A stretch of DNA of 64,000 bases from Mytilus edulis (Eukaryota), in assembly GCF_963676685.1 (NCBI RefSeq), contig NC_092352.1, positions 34,224,001 to 34,288,000 of the forward strand, written 5' to 3'. The notes beneath the pieces are model-generated. The model did no database searches, was not told where the DNA came from, and was given only the letters and a program-made list of their open reading frames with translations. A program made the position numbers and the translations under genes. How positions within the stretch are numbered: position 1 is the stretch's first letter; each line of letters begins with the position of its first letter. Below, one piece after another: positions 1-15,400 of the stretch.

Positions 1-189
1 CATCTGCAAAATGTATTATATATTGTAAAAGATGAAATAGCACAAATGACCCTGCAAAAAATATCTTTTACAGTAAATAAAGCAGTAAATGTATATGACT
101 TTTCATTTTCTAATCAGCCTAATAGCCATAAGCACAGTTGAATTCCCATTCATTGAAATTTAAAATTTAGCATGTTACAAAGACCTTAC

Positions 190-415
190 CCTTTCTCTGG
201 ATCCTCAGTAAGTTGTAACAAACAGTAACACAGACACACAAGGAACTCTGTATCATAATTGTTTGGTCCAAACACAAGACTTCTGTTACTGGTCAGTTTG
301 TGTAGGGCATCCAGTACACCTGTTGATGAGGCTACATTGGTGAGCGGGCGAGACAGCTGGTAAAGAATGGTTCTGTTTAAAGATTTGTAGATCAGATCCA
401 GAGATACACCAGAAG
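190..415 (-). CDS. WDFY3: WDFY3 coding exon 39
   Basis: ASGVSLDLIYKSLNRTILYQLSR...FGPNNYDTEF; a further acceptor (ttttgcag) lies at positions 4-11. Confidence 0.93.
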
Positions 416-3400
416 CTAAAAAAGAAACAATCATTTAGTATATGTAATTACTTCTAATGAACTAATAATTAAAGTCATATTTGTCAATTTAAGAAGAACT
501 GATTAGAATAATATGTATCAAATATTAAGAAAATGAGTTTACAATAAATTTATTTTTGTTTAGGAGGGAGGATTGATCATTTACTTTAGTATTTTAAAAG
601 TTACAGACTTTCATTATGTCATAAATGTTTAAAACTTATTTGTATTAATCATTACAGATTACATGGTTTCCAGAAAAAAAGTGTCTGTCATTCTTTTGTT
701 TCAAATATTTGAATTACATTTTGTCACAGCAGAACTAAAATATACCGGTACTGGCAATTTCAGATTCTGATATGTAGATTTAACAGAATGATGCTGGCAA
801 AGACAGTCAAACACTGACCCCTTTTAAAGCATCAAAGATTGAATCATATTTTTTTAATTGTGGTATGAAATATGTTCTTTATATGTCAGTATACAATACC
901 TTTTCTCTTTGCCTGAGCAATCAACTTGCTGATGAATTCAAAAACTTCCTTTGATTCTCTCATAAATACACCTGTAAAACATACATGTAGATTAAACAGA
1001 TGCATGTGTATTTCTTTGATAGTACATGTACTTTAAATCAATTAATCAAATTCAACATAGTGTTCAAAATTGTTTAGAAAAAAAGAAGCAAACAAGAATG
1101 TGTCCATAGTACACGGATGCCCCACTCGCACAATCATTTTCTATGTTCAGTGGACCATGAAATTGGGGTCAAAACTTAAATTTGGAATTAAAATTAGAAA
1201 GATCATATCATAGGGAACATGTGTACTAAGTTTCAAGTTGATGTAACTTTAACTTCATCAAAAACTACCTTGACCAAAAACTTTAACCTGAACTTCACAC
1301 TATCATTTTCTTTGTTCAGTGGACCCTGATATTGGGGTCAAAACTATATTTTGGCATTAAAATTAGAAAGATCATATCATGGGGAACATGTGTACTAATT
1401 TTTAAATTGATTGAACTTCAACTTCTTCAAAAACTACCTTGACCAAAAACTTTAACCTGAGGCGAACGGACGCACAGACGGACGCACAGACGGACGATTT
1501 TGTTAATGATTTCTGTGAATGTACTGTACTGATTTTTCAAGTATAGAAACTTGAAGAATTCATTTGAAACTTAATGAATTGTACAGAACACTTACTCTGC
1601 CATAACTTATCCACAACCCTACTGGCAAAGTAGAATACATTATTAGCCATGCTGACATAGCTACCACCTGTAGCTATAGGTAGAGCAGCTTGTTCCCCTA
1701 ACAAAACATCAGCAGCTACTAAGTGTTCCATGATAGTCTTCATTATCTCTGTCTGAAACTCATGTCTCTGTTGTCTACTGGCATTGTCTGGAGAAGCCTG
1801 AAATACAGTATCAAGATAAAACAGCATGTTCCTATTATTTTCATACATAAATTTAACAGAACGATGTTTTTGAAGAATTCTAGAAATGAGTGCAGGAAAT
1901 TTTGAATGTTCTTAGAAAAGAAAAATGTAATGTACCCCTTCATAATTATAAATTCTAATTGAAAAGAAATCAACTTTCTTGTTTCATTTGTCAGGAATTT
2001 TTAAAGACATTGTATGAGGAGAGGCCTATAAGTATAAAAATCTAGATATAATAATTAAAAATTTGTGTTTCACCTCAAATTTTTTTTTGCTGGATGTAGG
2101 TGTACATTATAGTAGTTTGGTAATTACAACAAAACTAGAGGCTCTCAAGAGCCTGTATCGCTCACCTGATTCTACTTGGGTTTTTGAAATCATATGAAAA
2201 AATATAAAATTTGGCTAAAAGTGACAACACAACCTCATTGATAAGGAAAGGAACATGTTTAATTTCATTCAAAAGTCCCCCACTGGCGGCCATCTTGGAT
2301 GGCGGATCGGCTACAAAGTAACAACACTTGGTCAGCACCTCATAAGGAACATTCATGCCATGTTTGGTTTTATTCCATTCAGTGGATCTCTAAAAGAAGT
2401 CATTTGTATGCATTTCCCATAGGGTCCTATGTTAAACTAAGTCCCCTGCTGGCGGCCATCTTGGATGATGGATCTGCTACAAAGTAACAACACTTGGTCA
2501 GCACCTCATAAGGAACATTCATGCAATGTTTAGTTTTATTCCATTCAGTGGTTCTCTAAAAGAAGTCATTTGTATGCATTTTCAATAGGGTCCTATGTTA
2601 AACTAAGTCCCTGCTGGCGGCCATCTTGGATAATGGATCGGCTACAAAGTAACAACACTTGGTCAGCACCACATTAGGAACATTCATGCCATGTTTGATT
2701 TCATTCCATTCAGTGGTTCTCTAAAAGAAGTCATTTGTATGCATTTCCCATAGGGTCCTATGTTAAACTAAGTCCCATGCTGGCGTCCATCTTGGATGAT
2801 GGATGGGCTACAAAGTAACAACACATGGTCAGCACGGCATAAGGAACATTCATGCAATGTTTGGTTTCATTCCATTCAGTGGTTCTCTAAAAGAAATCAT
2901 TTGTATGCATTTCCCATAGGGTACGTCCTATGTTAAACTAAGTCCCCCGCTGGCGTCCATCTTGGATAATGGATCAGCTACAAAGTAACAACACTTGGTC
3001 AGCACCACATTAGGAACATTCATGCCATGTTTGATTTCATTCCATTCAGTGGTTCTCTAAAATAAGTCATTTGTATGCATTTCCCATAGGGTCCTATGTT
3101 AAACTAAGTCCCCCGCTGGCGGCCATCTTGGATGATGGATTGGCTACAAAGTAACAACACTTGGTCAGCACTCCATAAGGAACATTCATGCTATGTTTGG
3201 TTTCATTCCATTTAGTGGTTCTCTAGAAGAAGTCATTTGTATGCATTTCCCATAGGGTCCTATGTTAAACTAAGTTCCCGGCTGGCGGCCATCTTGGATG
3301 ATGGATCGGCAACAAAATAACAACACTTGGTCAGCACCTCATAAGGAACATTCATGCCATGTTTGGTTTCATTCAATTCAGTGGTTCTCTAAAAGAAGTC

Positions 3401-6400
3401 ATTTGTATGCATTTCCCATAGGGTCCTATGTTAAACTAAGTCCCCGGCTAGCAGCCATCTTGGATGATGGATCGGCAACAAAGTAACAACACTTGGTCAG
3501 TACCTCATAAGGAACATTCATGCCATGTTTGGTTTCATTCCATTCAGTGGTTCTCTAAAAGAAGTCATTTGTATGCATTTCCCATAGGGTCTATGTTAAA
3601 CTAAGTCCCCCGCTGGCGGCCATCTTGGATGATGGATCGGCTACAAAGTAACAACACTTGGTCAGCACCTCATAAGGAACATTCATGCCATGTTTGGTTC
3701 CATTCCATTCAGTGGTTCTCTAGAAGAAGTTTAAAATGTAAATTGTTAACGACGACGACGACGGACGACGACGACGACGGACGACGGACGCCAAGTGGTG
3801 AGAAAAGCTCACTTGGCCCTTCGGGCCAGGTGAGCTAAAAATCATAATTAATTCTTTTTCCATTACAATTGTTTGTTAATACTACTGATTTCCTCTGTTA
3901 ACATTAGCATCAAATCTAAATGACAGGCATCAATACCAATTACACGCCCATATTCTAATATTGTTAAAGCAATATCATATAAACGACTTACATCTAGAAC
4001 CACATCTAGTACTGGTTTAGGAGAGTACTGCTGGGAGAAACTGTCCAGTATAATTGTCCGTAGGAAATCTACTACAAACTTTCTGGCTGGATGTTCACTT
4101 AAAACACCTGAAATATGGAATAAATATTTTACAATTTGTTCTGATTCTCTGAAAACAAGAATGTGTCCCAAGTACACGGATGCCCCATCCGCACTATCAT
4201 TTTCTATGTTTGGTGGACCATGAAAATGGAATAAAATCTCTAATTTGGCATTAAAATTAGAAAGATCATATCATAGGGAACATGTTTACTAAGTTTCAAG
4301 TTGATCGGACTTCAACTTCATCAAAAACTACCTCAACCAAAAACTTTAACCTGAAACAGGATGAACGGACGAACAGACAAATGAATGAATGGACGGACAG
4401 ACACACAGACCAGAAAACATAATGCCCATAAATGGGGCATAAAAATGGGTTATTTTGTACTGATACTCAGCCTCCATCTCTGACATACCAAAGGTTTGAT
4501 TTTTAAATGTAAAGATAGACACAAAACCATGAGGAGTTTTAAAACATTAGCAGACTATGTTAGTTTATGTAGATTAAAATTTTGCACAGACCAAATATAC
4601 TATAAGAGCTTGATACAATATTAAAGATTTATATTGGTTACTTTCGTCTTCGAGTTGCTCATTTATGTTAACCTTACAATTCTTTTTCTTCATAACTAAA
4701 TGATGCAAACAAATAAATTTCTGATAATATTTACATTTTCACCCTAACTTCCTGAGGAACAAATACTTCTTTATCTTATTCATTTTTTGCCTCCACCAGT
4801 AAACAAGAATGAACAAGTAAAACATTTTAGAATAACAAAATGTAGCAGCAACTAGAAATACTTACTTGCTCTTGAAGGGTCTGGAGTTTTTATGTGAATA
4901 TATCCATCTGCATCTGGGAATGGCTGAAATAACATTAAACATTTCATAAATCTATTCTGAATGACTGAGTGTATATAAATAATATCATACTTAAGTTTTA
5001 ACTAGAAATGAGATATTGAAATACATTAATCAAATAGATTTTCATTTGAACTAAAATGAACATAAATGGAGAATGTGTCTATGGGTCATGAGTCAACTTC
5101 CACATACAAATGCAAGATTCACTGTTGTATTTGAAGAAAATGCCATGATTAAAATATCTTTCTATGTAGTAACATTTCTTCTAAAGAAATAAATTAAAAA
5201 ATTTAAGAACATTCTTACCATGTATTCGTCCTGTGGTGTAGTCACTTTACTTTCTGTGGATACATTGGTGGATGGGAACAGTGTTGCTACCAGTCCTGAG
5301 ATAAATTCTGATGTGATTGACAAAGAGATAAAGTCTGGCTGGTTGTGGTACAGAAACAACAGAAACTGCATCAGTGTTACTGGGTATTCTTGTAACCATG
5401 TACTACATTTCTGGTCAGACTCCTGTAAAAGAGGATTTGAAATTGAACTATTTTATTTAAACTCAAACATTCAACTGTGTTTTAATTGAAAAATTATAAG
5501 AGTTGCACAAATTGAGTTGTTTTTATTATCTTTTAAAATTTAATAAAAATGTCTGTTGGAAGCACTTGTGCTGTTCATCAAAAAGAAACAATTATTCAAT
5601 GTTATACATGGCCTATATTTCTAAAGTCTTGTATCCCTAAATACTTGTCCCTGAATAATTTTACTTTCCAAGGGTTTATACTTTATACAAGCATAAAATT
5701 ATTAAATCTGTAAACTTGCACACATTGTTTATTAACATTGTTCACTTCTGTGAAAAAATTGTATTTAGTTTATTGATAAACAAGGCATTTCCACAACAAT
5801 GTTTTTCCACTGCAAGAACTCTCTCTTTATATCTGTTACCCACCTGATTCAGCATGTGTCTGATAAGAGCTAGCAACACTAGGGCAGCATCAGGACACAG
5901 TTCAGCCTGTTTTTCCTTAGCTATGGCTGAAACAGGTTTACTGGCAGGGACACCGAATATCACTGTCCATACTTGATCCAAGTTTAACTGAAAGGAAAAA
6001 AAAAAAACTATAATCAATTGGCATAAATTTAAACTGTCAATTCTGTGCTTGATAAAAGCTTGTCATAACTTTTATCTACCAGTCATCTCAAATTAGGTTC
6101 TTCTCTCTCTCAATAACAAAGTTGACAACACAGTGCCAGTTTAAAGATGTTGACAAATATAATTCCCAACTATGTTACAATATCATGAGATGAAATAATT
6201 TTAACTAAGTATTTCTTCTTATACCTACAATAATAAGCAGTGCTCTTGAGTCTTGTTATAATTGTGAACTTACTAAAGCATCAATACAGCTATAAGAAAG
6301 TTCACTTTATGTTCACTTATTCAGTTAAAGTCAAACTCTCTCACATTGTGATATTAGCAGAACATGTCAGTAAGTATGTAAAGTTCTGTCACATGATATA

Positions 6401-9400
6401 ATTACCTGTACATCAGAAGGCAGATCTTTAATATGTTGACCCATTAACATTGCCATCAGTATGAAGTATATTTCTGCCACATTAGCATGTTTTGGTAGCA
6501 ACCATTGTACTATAGTAAATCCCGGGACTTGACACACCTCTCTGTTTAGGGCCCTTTTCTGACCTTTATTGCTTGTTCCTATGTTCAAACCTGTTGATAG
6601 AATAACACAGCATATGAGCATAGGGACTCATATAAACTTTAAAACTGGTTTTTATTATGAGTTGGTATTCTTTCAAAGATTGGAACAGACAAAAGAGGTC
6701 TGAAATTCCATAAACCAGACCAACCTCTTTCAATTCAATTGCATGTGTATGGGGTATATTCAGGCTTTCATGACTTAGTGTACTAAGTTCCTTGCTTCTG
6801 AGTTGAGAAAATAAATGCTGCATTAACTTATTTTTAATAAAATGTTCAAAGTGTCAAACATTTACTATCATTCAGACAAAACATAATATAGTTTAAAAAG
6901 TCAGCTTGTCTGTAAATCTAATCGAAATAAAAAAGTGTTCTATGATTTTAAAGGGTATCTTAAGAAATTAAGTTGGAAAACAACAGATAATGGCAAAGTT
7001 ACAAGTTGTCTGTTATATGTATCAGACTTCAAACTGATACAATTGAAACATATCATTTTCTTTACATTATATTTTAAACTTGAAATTCCTACATAGAAGA
7101 AGCAAACAAAACTATCAACCCAAAGTTGTAATGTTAAATAAGAATAGAAAGTTGACTATAAAGATCAATTTACCTAACATAACTCCCACATGTTGTTTAA
7201 GGACTGGTTCTGTTCCTTTTAGCCATCCACCTCCCAGACTACCCTCTCTGAACTTCTGTGTTGCTGATTGGCTCTGTAGCATGGTCAGTAGGATCAGGGA
7301 TGCCTTGACAACTGTTGAAGGGTGAATGTGACCTTGCATAAACAGCAGTAACCAATCAAATCCTAGCACTTTCTGAATCTCATCTGACATTCTAGAATGT
7401 ATGAAAATTAGTAATATAAACAATTGGACCATTGCATATGTTAAATATTTGGACAGAAGCAAATGCCAAACCATTTAGTTAACCTATAGATGAACTGTTC
7501 ACATGTTGAGTCTCTAGTACATAGTTATAGCAATACAAGATAATGCAGACAGAAATGTAATACAAGAAAATACAGACAGAAAAAAATAGTAATACAGAAA
7601 AAAAAATATGACTTCACTTGTTCTTGACCTATTATATCGTGGTTATATCTAATACCAAATATAATTTTAATACAATGGCGTTTTCAAGACAAAAATATTA
7701 TCTGCATCAATATGTAGCATATAGAAAGGCCAAATGTACATTCCTTTTACACCATAAGAACGAGTTGGTGTAAACAATATTTTATTATGAATAATACAAG
7801 TATGATTATAAACACATTCACAAATAGGATTCAGAAACAATTATAAACACATTCACAAATAGGATTCAGAAACAAGCAACAAGGGCTTATATTAATTTAA
7901 CAAGTTAATTATTTTTGTCCAAATCTCAAGGACAAGTTGATCATTGTATTAGACAAGCATTGAATCAAATGTGCCATCCCAAATCTGTATTGGCAATAAT
8001 AAAAACTGTGTTAAAGACTTACTGAGTATTAAGTTGTATAGGTTCTACTTCTGTGTTCAGTATCAACTGGTGTATCACATTTAAACAGATGTTCCTTAGT
8101 TTAATTGTGTAGGATGACACTTGTTCATCATCTATAAAGTCAAAAAGAAAACCATGAGGTAAATAAACAAACATTTGGGATTTATTATGATTGGTAGAAT
8201 GGGTTCCTTTGCATATTCTAGCCTCAATAAAAAAAATTAGTTGCTTTGTTACAACAAAAATTTTATCACTTCAAATTAATTCATGCTAATATCAAAACTG
8301 ATCACATACATAATTATTCAGCCGAATATTTTGATTTCTGTTGAGTATGTTAAGAACTTTTTAGAATCTTATTGTCTTTGATTTTAAAAAAAACAAAACA
8401 GATATTGTATAATTGTAGTTTTATTAAAAATACCTGATAGTGATATGCGATCTTCTTGTGTCTCTTCAGCTGGTACCTTTAGTCCATTGAGAGCCACATT
8501 TTTCTCTGAATTAGACATCTGTGGTAATGTTGATACAATAAACTGACCAAATCTGAAAATTTCATAATTACAAATAGGTAAGAACAAGCACAGAAAGTGC
8601 ATAACCTTTTCATTGCTCCTTTTTTTAACTTTACTATCATGTGAATTTTTAAGTATTAATAAAAGCTTATAACTGCTGGAGTTTTATATTAATTACAGTG
8701 TATGAATTCACTTATGATTGCTGATAGTTTTAGTTTCTGCATCATACTTGCCTTGGTGTTTAAACCCTGACTCACTAATTAAATGGCTGATGATATCGGA
8801 GTTTCTGTTTAACATGATTAGTTACCACTAGGTTTAGTGCTTATATTGCGACATGTCAACATGACCTGTAGTGAATTGAAGGTATCCCACATGAGTTGGT
8901 TTTTAGGTCATACCCAGGAAAGCTATGTAACAATGCGTGTGTCACAGTTTTAGTGGACTGTTCTCTACAAACTCACCTAAGTAAGGAATGATTATCTGGA
9001 GGGCTCTGTAGGAGTACATGTATCACACTTGTTATTGTGTCTATTGATGCTTGAGTCAGTTTGTTGTCTTTTAGGATGTGTAATAGTCTTGATACCAAGC
9101 CAATGTCTCTCATCAATTGGAAATTACTAATCTGTTCACTGTAACACAAAATCACCATATATCAGTATATAGGCAAGTCATTTTCTACACTTCTACAAAC
9201 ATTGTTTTATATTTTTTGGCAAGGATACATTCTTATGAATATACAGTAGCTTACATCACATTGTTGAAACCAAATTTTAATTGCAATCAACTTTAACATT
9301 AAGCTAGCATAACTTACTGATCACAATTTTAGTATAATAAGTATTATTCAACCAGGTATGTTTTCTCTAATATGGGCTATTGAAAATACAGCTGAATGGA

Positions 9401-12400
9401 TTAATCAAGCTCAAAAATGAGATATGATGTCTGGGCTTACATGCCCAAAGTAGTTCTAAATTATTCGTTAAAATGTCCTGTGCCCATTTCAAAGGAGTAG
9501 TATTTTGACTTATGTATGTTACAGCTGTAGTTAAGTCTACAAAGATTGACTTTTGAAATTACAACCAACTGTCGATGCAAGACAGATTCCAGCAATAACT
9601 CAATTTTTATTCTGTACTCTTTTGCCCTTATATATATGTTAATACAATGTATCTAAATACTAAAGATCTTACTAAAAAAGTCCCCAACTTAAAAAGTAAT
9701 GCATAGCCAGACAAAATCATTTAATAACTGAAAGCTAGAGAACGATGACATACCCACACAAAAATTACAACACTATGTTCAAACCACTATTCTTGGCAAC
9801 AACATCATAAGTATGCTAATGATATTCAAATCTTGATTATTAAATTAGTTCTCAGACATCAATCAATTTGATATCAGAAATATGGAGTAAACTTTATCTT
9901 TCTTTTTTAAATGAATAGCAAAAAGAGTGTGTAATTGTGTGAGATGTCATCAGGTAAATCAGTTGAAAATTAGAGAAAACATGTTTAAACATACAATTAC
10001 AATAATGTTAAAGTCATATGAAACTTCAAATTAAAAAAAAAATATGCATATGTTTTTTATAACTAAATGGCTGGTTTTTATTATAAAACTTATGTACATA
10101 TACTTTTTTCTCAAGAAAATTCTATAGTTTGTCAAAATTTAGAAGAAGTTTACTTTTTTTAATAGCTTGCTTCCAGCAAACAATTCACTGAAGTGTTTTC
10201 CGTATGCAGCATGACTTTTCTCCTAAAAATCTGATGATCACAACTCACAATTGCGAATGGAAACCCAAACGTTAACATTGCTCAATCATCATGATAAACT
10301 GTATCTTATTGTACCCGCTTACCTGAATATCCATGCTTTTTTGTTAATTGTTTACAAGCAGGTGACAATCATTAAACTTTGGCTTCTAAACACGACCACT
10401 AATGAGCTGCCATATTTTCACAACAACACTGACCAATTGACATATTTTTTTTACGATTATACGAAATTTATGCGAAAAAAATGATAAATTCGTTCACAGA
10501 AGACTAAGTTTGTGATGTTTGTATGCATTGGTTCAAGAATTGGATAAACATTTTTTTTCACCAGTCACTCGTTTCATACGACTTTAATGTTTTACAAATG
10601 TGTATTACAATGACAATATAGGAACATCTTCTGTATATTGTACTTCTTTACTGGATGAGAGAAAAATGATAATACAACCTGCAACAATCCACGCCATAGT
10701 AATTTCTATTGTCCAATTCATACTATTCATTTTGCTAACATAACGTTAAATGAAAGGACTTATAGGATGAGCAAAACTACCAGCTACCATTATACTAGCC
10801 TGTCATTTGATCAGTTGCAAGTAAAAAACATATTTCATCAGATCTATTTAATACAATGGTTCATAAGAAATTATACTCTTTAAACTAGTGCATAAATTTT
10901 TCATGCATATAATAGGTTATATATATAAATATTGTTATTAAACTTCATGCAATTCCCAACAGGGATTTTTCCAACTATTCTATTTCATATATGAGCATCA
11001 ATAATTTCTTAGTAAAATACTCTCTAAAGGGCAGTTTTACTTTTAAAATTTTAATATATCTCATTTGGACTATGACCTCTAATATAAGTTATATGGTTCG
11101 CTATTGACCCCCTACGGATCCATAGAGGGTGAAACCTGAGGCCGAGTCCCCTATGGATTTCATTCACCCTCTATGGATCTGTAAGGGGTCAGTAGTTAAC
11201 CGTATAACGAATTTATCGCACGCTAGACTTTTTCTGCTGCGTTTTGTTTAAATAAACAATGAAACACAACAACATTAATAGATGACGTCACCATTAACGC
11301 GTCATGAACCCCCTATGAAATTTACTACCCCCCTACGGTCTCATAGGGGGTCACCACGTGACGGCATTAAACCAATCACAACGTGATAATTTACCCGCGG
11401 TGCGATAACAGTATATATCCAAAAAATGTCAATGTTATTCAATAAAAGTGTGTACATCATAACTAATGAAAACAATATGTTAGCCTCTATCATCAAAATT
11501 AATGCCATTCTATGTGGAGAGGAGGAACACAGTGTTAAAATTTCATAAGGATCACTCAACAATACTTTCAAGATGATATGAAAATATATCTTCTACAGAT
11601 TGACAAAAACGATACAATAAAATGACCACATAAATTAGCAGATTGATAAATATATAGATTGTACCAACATTTGAAATATATCATGCATTGTTTTAAATAC
11701 TGGTAATTTAAAATAATAAAAAGCAACTCTTAACATAAAGTTTAGCTTTTATAGCTGTATAGTAAAACATGTAAAACTTCAACAACATTGAAAGAACAGG
11801 AAACAGTACACTTATAAAGAGTACAAAATGTTGTCAACACTGGTTAGTGAACCACTACCAAAGGTGAACTCTTTCTTACCTATTATCAATGCATCTATTT
11901 ATAGAAATCCAGTAAATTACAGTATAATCTTGTTAAATACCAATATTAGAAACTGAATTACATTCAAACCTGTATATAAAGGTCACCATTGGGACTAAAG
12001 TAATGTGATCTTAAAAGAGAGATGACCTTTGAATTAAGGTTAAAAATGTTATAACTACAGTGAGACAAGAAGACAACAACCTGACAAGACAGGTTTTCCC
12101 TGAAAAGAGGTGACCTTCTTAACAGGTTTGACTAAATTTAACTCATATTTCTCCACTATCATAAAAGGACAACAAAATATTAATTAACAAGAATGTGTCC
12201 ACAGTACACGGATGCCCCACTCGCACTATCATTTTCTATGTTTAGTGGACCGGGAAATTGGAATAAATTCTCTAATTTGGCATTAAAATTAGAATGATCT
12301 TATCAAAGGGAACATGTATACTAAGTTTCAAGTTGATTGGACTTCTACTTTATCAAAAACTACCTTGACCAAAAACTTTAACCTGAAATTTGCAATATCG

Positions 12401-15400
12401 TTTTCTATGTTCAGTGAACCGTAAAATTGGGGTCAAAACTCTAATTTGGCATTTAAATTAGAAAGATCATATCATAGGGCACATGTATACTAAGTTTCAA
12501 GTTGATTGGACTTCAGTTTCATCAAAAACTTTAACCTGAAGTGGGACAGACGGACGAACGAACGGACGAACAGACGAACGGACGGACGCACAGACCAGAA
12601 AACATAATGCCCCTCTACTATCGTAGGTGGGGCATAAAAACAGGATTTAAAATTATCAAGGACAACAAAATATCAATATCAAAAGCAATTAAAAAATTAT
12701 AAGACATAATTATAATATATTTATAATTCAATGATAAATTAGCATATAATTACATTTTAAAATAAGGAATGATAAATAAAGCATTCAACCATCACATGCA
12801 AGTTATAAAAAGATGAGTAAATCACCTGAAATGTTCTATCAAATACATACCTTGATTCAGTTAAAAGTTCAAAGAAATGTTCATAAAGGGATTTCTGTAG
12901 ATCAAATGGTGCCTCATGCCAAACCTATTGGATGATAATAAAAAAAAATATTCAAGGAATTTTTTAAAATTTGAAACTTAAGGTATAGAGAATCAAGAAA
13001 TATTTTATCACACAATATACACAAGTATGAAATGCAGGAATTATAATTACCACAAAAATTTCTCTTGTATGATCTTTTTTTTCAAATAACAATAATAGTA
13101 CAATCTGTGTATAAATTATTCAATAGTACGATTATTTTGACAAAATTGCAGTCAATGTAAATCTTTTTCAAACAAGCTTTAATTTTTGGGGCCCTTTATA
13201 GCTTGCTGTTTCTGGTGATCCAAAGCTCTGTGTTGAAGGCCTTACTTTGACTTATAATGCTTTACTTTTATAAATTGTTACTTTGATGGAGAGTTGTCTC
13301 ATTGGCAATCATACCACATCTTTCTATATCTCTTTAATAAATGATTTGCAGTGCACTATTCAAAATCATAAGATTATTTTGTATTCAGTTTCAGTCTGCT
13401 ATTTAAACTTTATTTGATGCCTGTTTATAATATTGTGTTTAACAAATAAACAATATAAAATGGAAAATAAATCCTTTTAAATATCACAGAATTAAACTTA
13501 CCTCCAAATCACAGAGTAAATCTTCAAAAGCCTTTTTATTGGGAATGACTGAACTTTCTTTACCACTGTCTACAGTACCAATCAGTGAGAAAGTCAGGTG
13601 TAAGATATGACTGTTCAATAGGTGTTGTTTCTTCTTATAAAGCATGGACAGTGTCTAAAATATACAAATAGCATATTGAATAAGAAAATAATAAGATATG
13701 ACTGTTCAATAGATACTGTTTCTTCTTATAAAGCATGGAAAGTGTCTTCAATATAAAAGTTTCATATCAAATAAAGAAAACAAGAATGTGTCCCAAGTAC
13801 ACGGATGCCCCATCCGCACTATCATTTTCTATGTTCAATGGACCGTGAAAATAGGATAAAATCTCTAATTTGGAATTAAAATTAGAAAGATCATATCATA
13901 GGGAACATGTTTGCTAAGTTTCAAGTTGATCGGACTTCAACTTCATCAAAAACTACCTCTACCAAAAACTTTAACCAAAACTTTAACCTGAAACGGGACA
14001 GACAGACGGACAAACAGACGAACGAACAGACGAACAAACAGACCAGAAGACATAAGGCCTAAAATAAAATATTGTTTGTTTCCCCCAATCCCGACCGACC
14101 CTGCAAAAATGGTACTACTCATAAAATTTTATTGTCAAAACTAAGTCAAATATTATTTTATTCATTTCTGATTTACAGGCTTGCTGGATCGTCTGATAAT
14201 GTTCAAGCTTTTTGGAAAAATAAAATTGTTTCCCTACCTACCTACCCACACCTGGCTCGGCAGGGTCGGGATTGGGGAAACAAACAATATATTAATTTAG
14301 GCCTAATGCCCATAAATTGGGCATAAAAAGATATGTTTATATCGAATAAAGAAAATAAAATAAGGTGATGTTTTTCAGGGAAGGTTTTTAAAATACATGA
14401 ATGTCATATTAAATATGAACAGAATTAACAATGTAAAATATTTACAATAAGTTTTCAGCGTGGATGTACATCACCATAACTCATTGAATACAAGTGTTCT
14501 TCTAAATTTAAACATGAATACCTGATATCCTTGTATTCTGTCCATGTCTTTCAAAATGTTTTTGTTGCTCTTGACAACACACACAAGGGCCTTAACTGCA
14601 GCATACAGCTCTTCTACATCTGTTGCCATGGCAATTAACCCCAATAATGCAGAGGCTCCACCCACATTCTCTAACATCTTAGCTACAGCTTTTGGACAAA
14701 ATGTCCTAACACCTGTAACAGACAATTATATAATAATCTGTAACATGTCCTAAAATGGCATTAATATTACAATGTTTGCAATGATAAGTAAACTTTCCCA
14801 TTCCCTCCACCCACCCCACCACCGACTACTTCCCTTTATAAGAAAATTTTATCATCTACTATATAAATTCAATAACCAGAATTCTCATATCTTTGTTTCA
14901 TTAAGGTCTAGTTCATTTGTATAATGATGATATGATTAATGTTTTATGTTTCCTTACCTAAATATCCAATCAGTATAGCTCCTAGACTTCTGGCAGGCCC
15001 ATTCATATGACCAGCTGAATTTGGCAGGATTCTAATAGGTGTAGCATTATCATGTGCTGACATGGCTAGCTGAAAACACAATATAACTTTTACTTTTATG
15101 TTATTGTATGGCAGTAGTTTGAACTTTTCATGCATAAATAAAAGAAGATATTAGTTTCAGATAAACCTAAGATTCATTTTTAAGATAGTTTTTTGGCATT
15201 ACAAAGTTATCAGTGATATTTGCAGTGTACATACATTTTTTGTTTAATTCAAATTACAATAATCGAATTCCTGCATTAGCTCTGTTTGTAAATTTTGAAA
15301 AAATGAACTTAAAAATACAAAATTTATCAAATTTATGATAAAGTTAATGTTTAAAAAAAAGTCTAAACCATTGAAATAAGGCGGTTACCTGCTTGGCAAT

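Noticed and set aside
2273-3730. Repeated ORFs (MADRLQSNNTWSAPHKEH...) and a CRISPR-like look
   Set aside because: Head-to-tail satellite monomers with no unique spacers; the ORFs are by-products broken by indels between units
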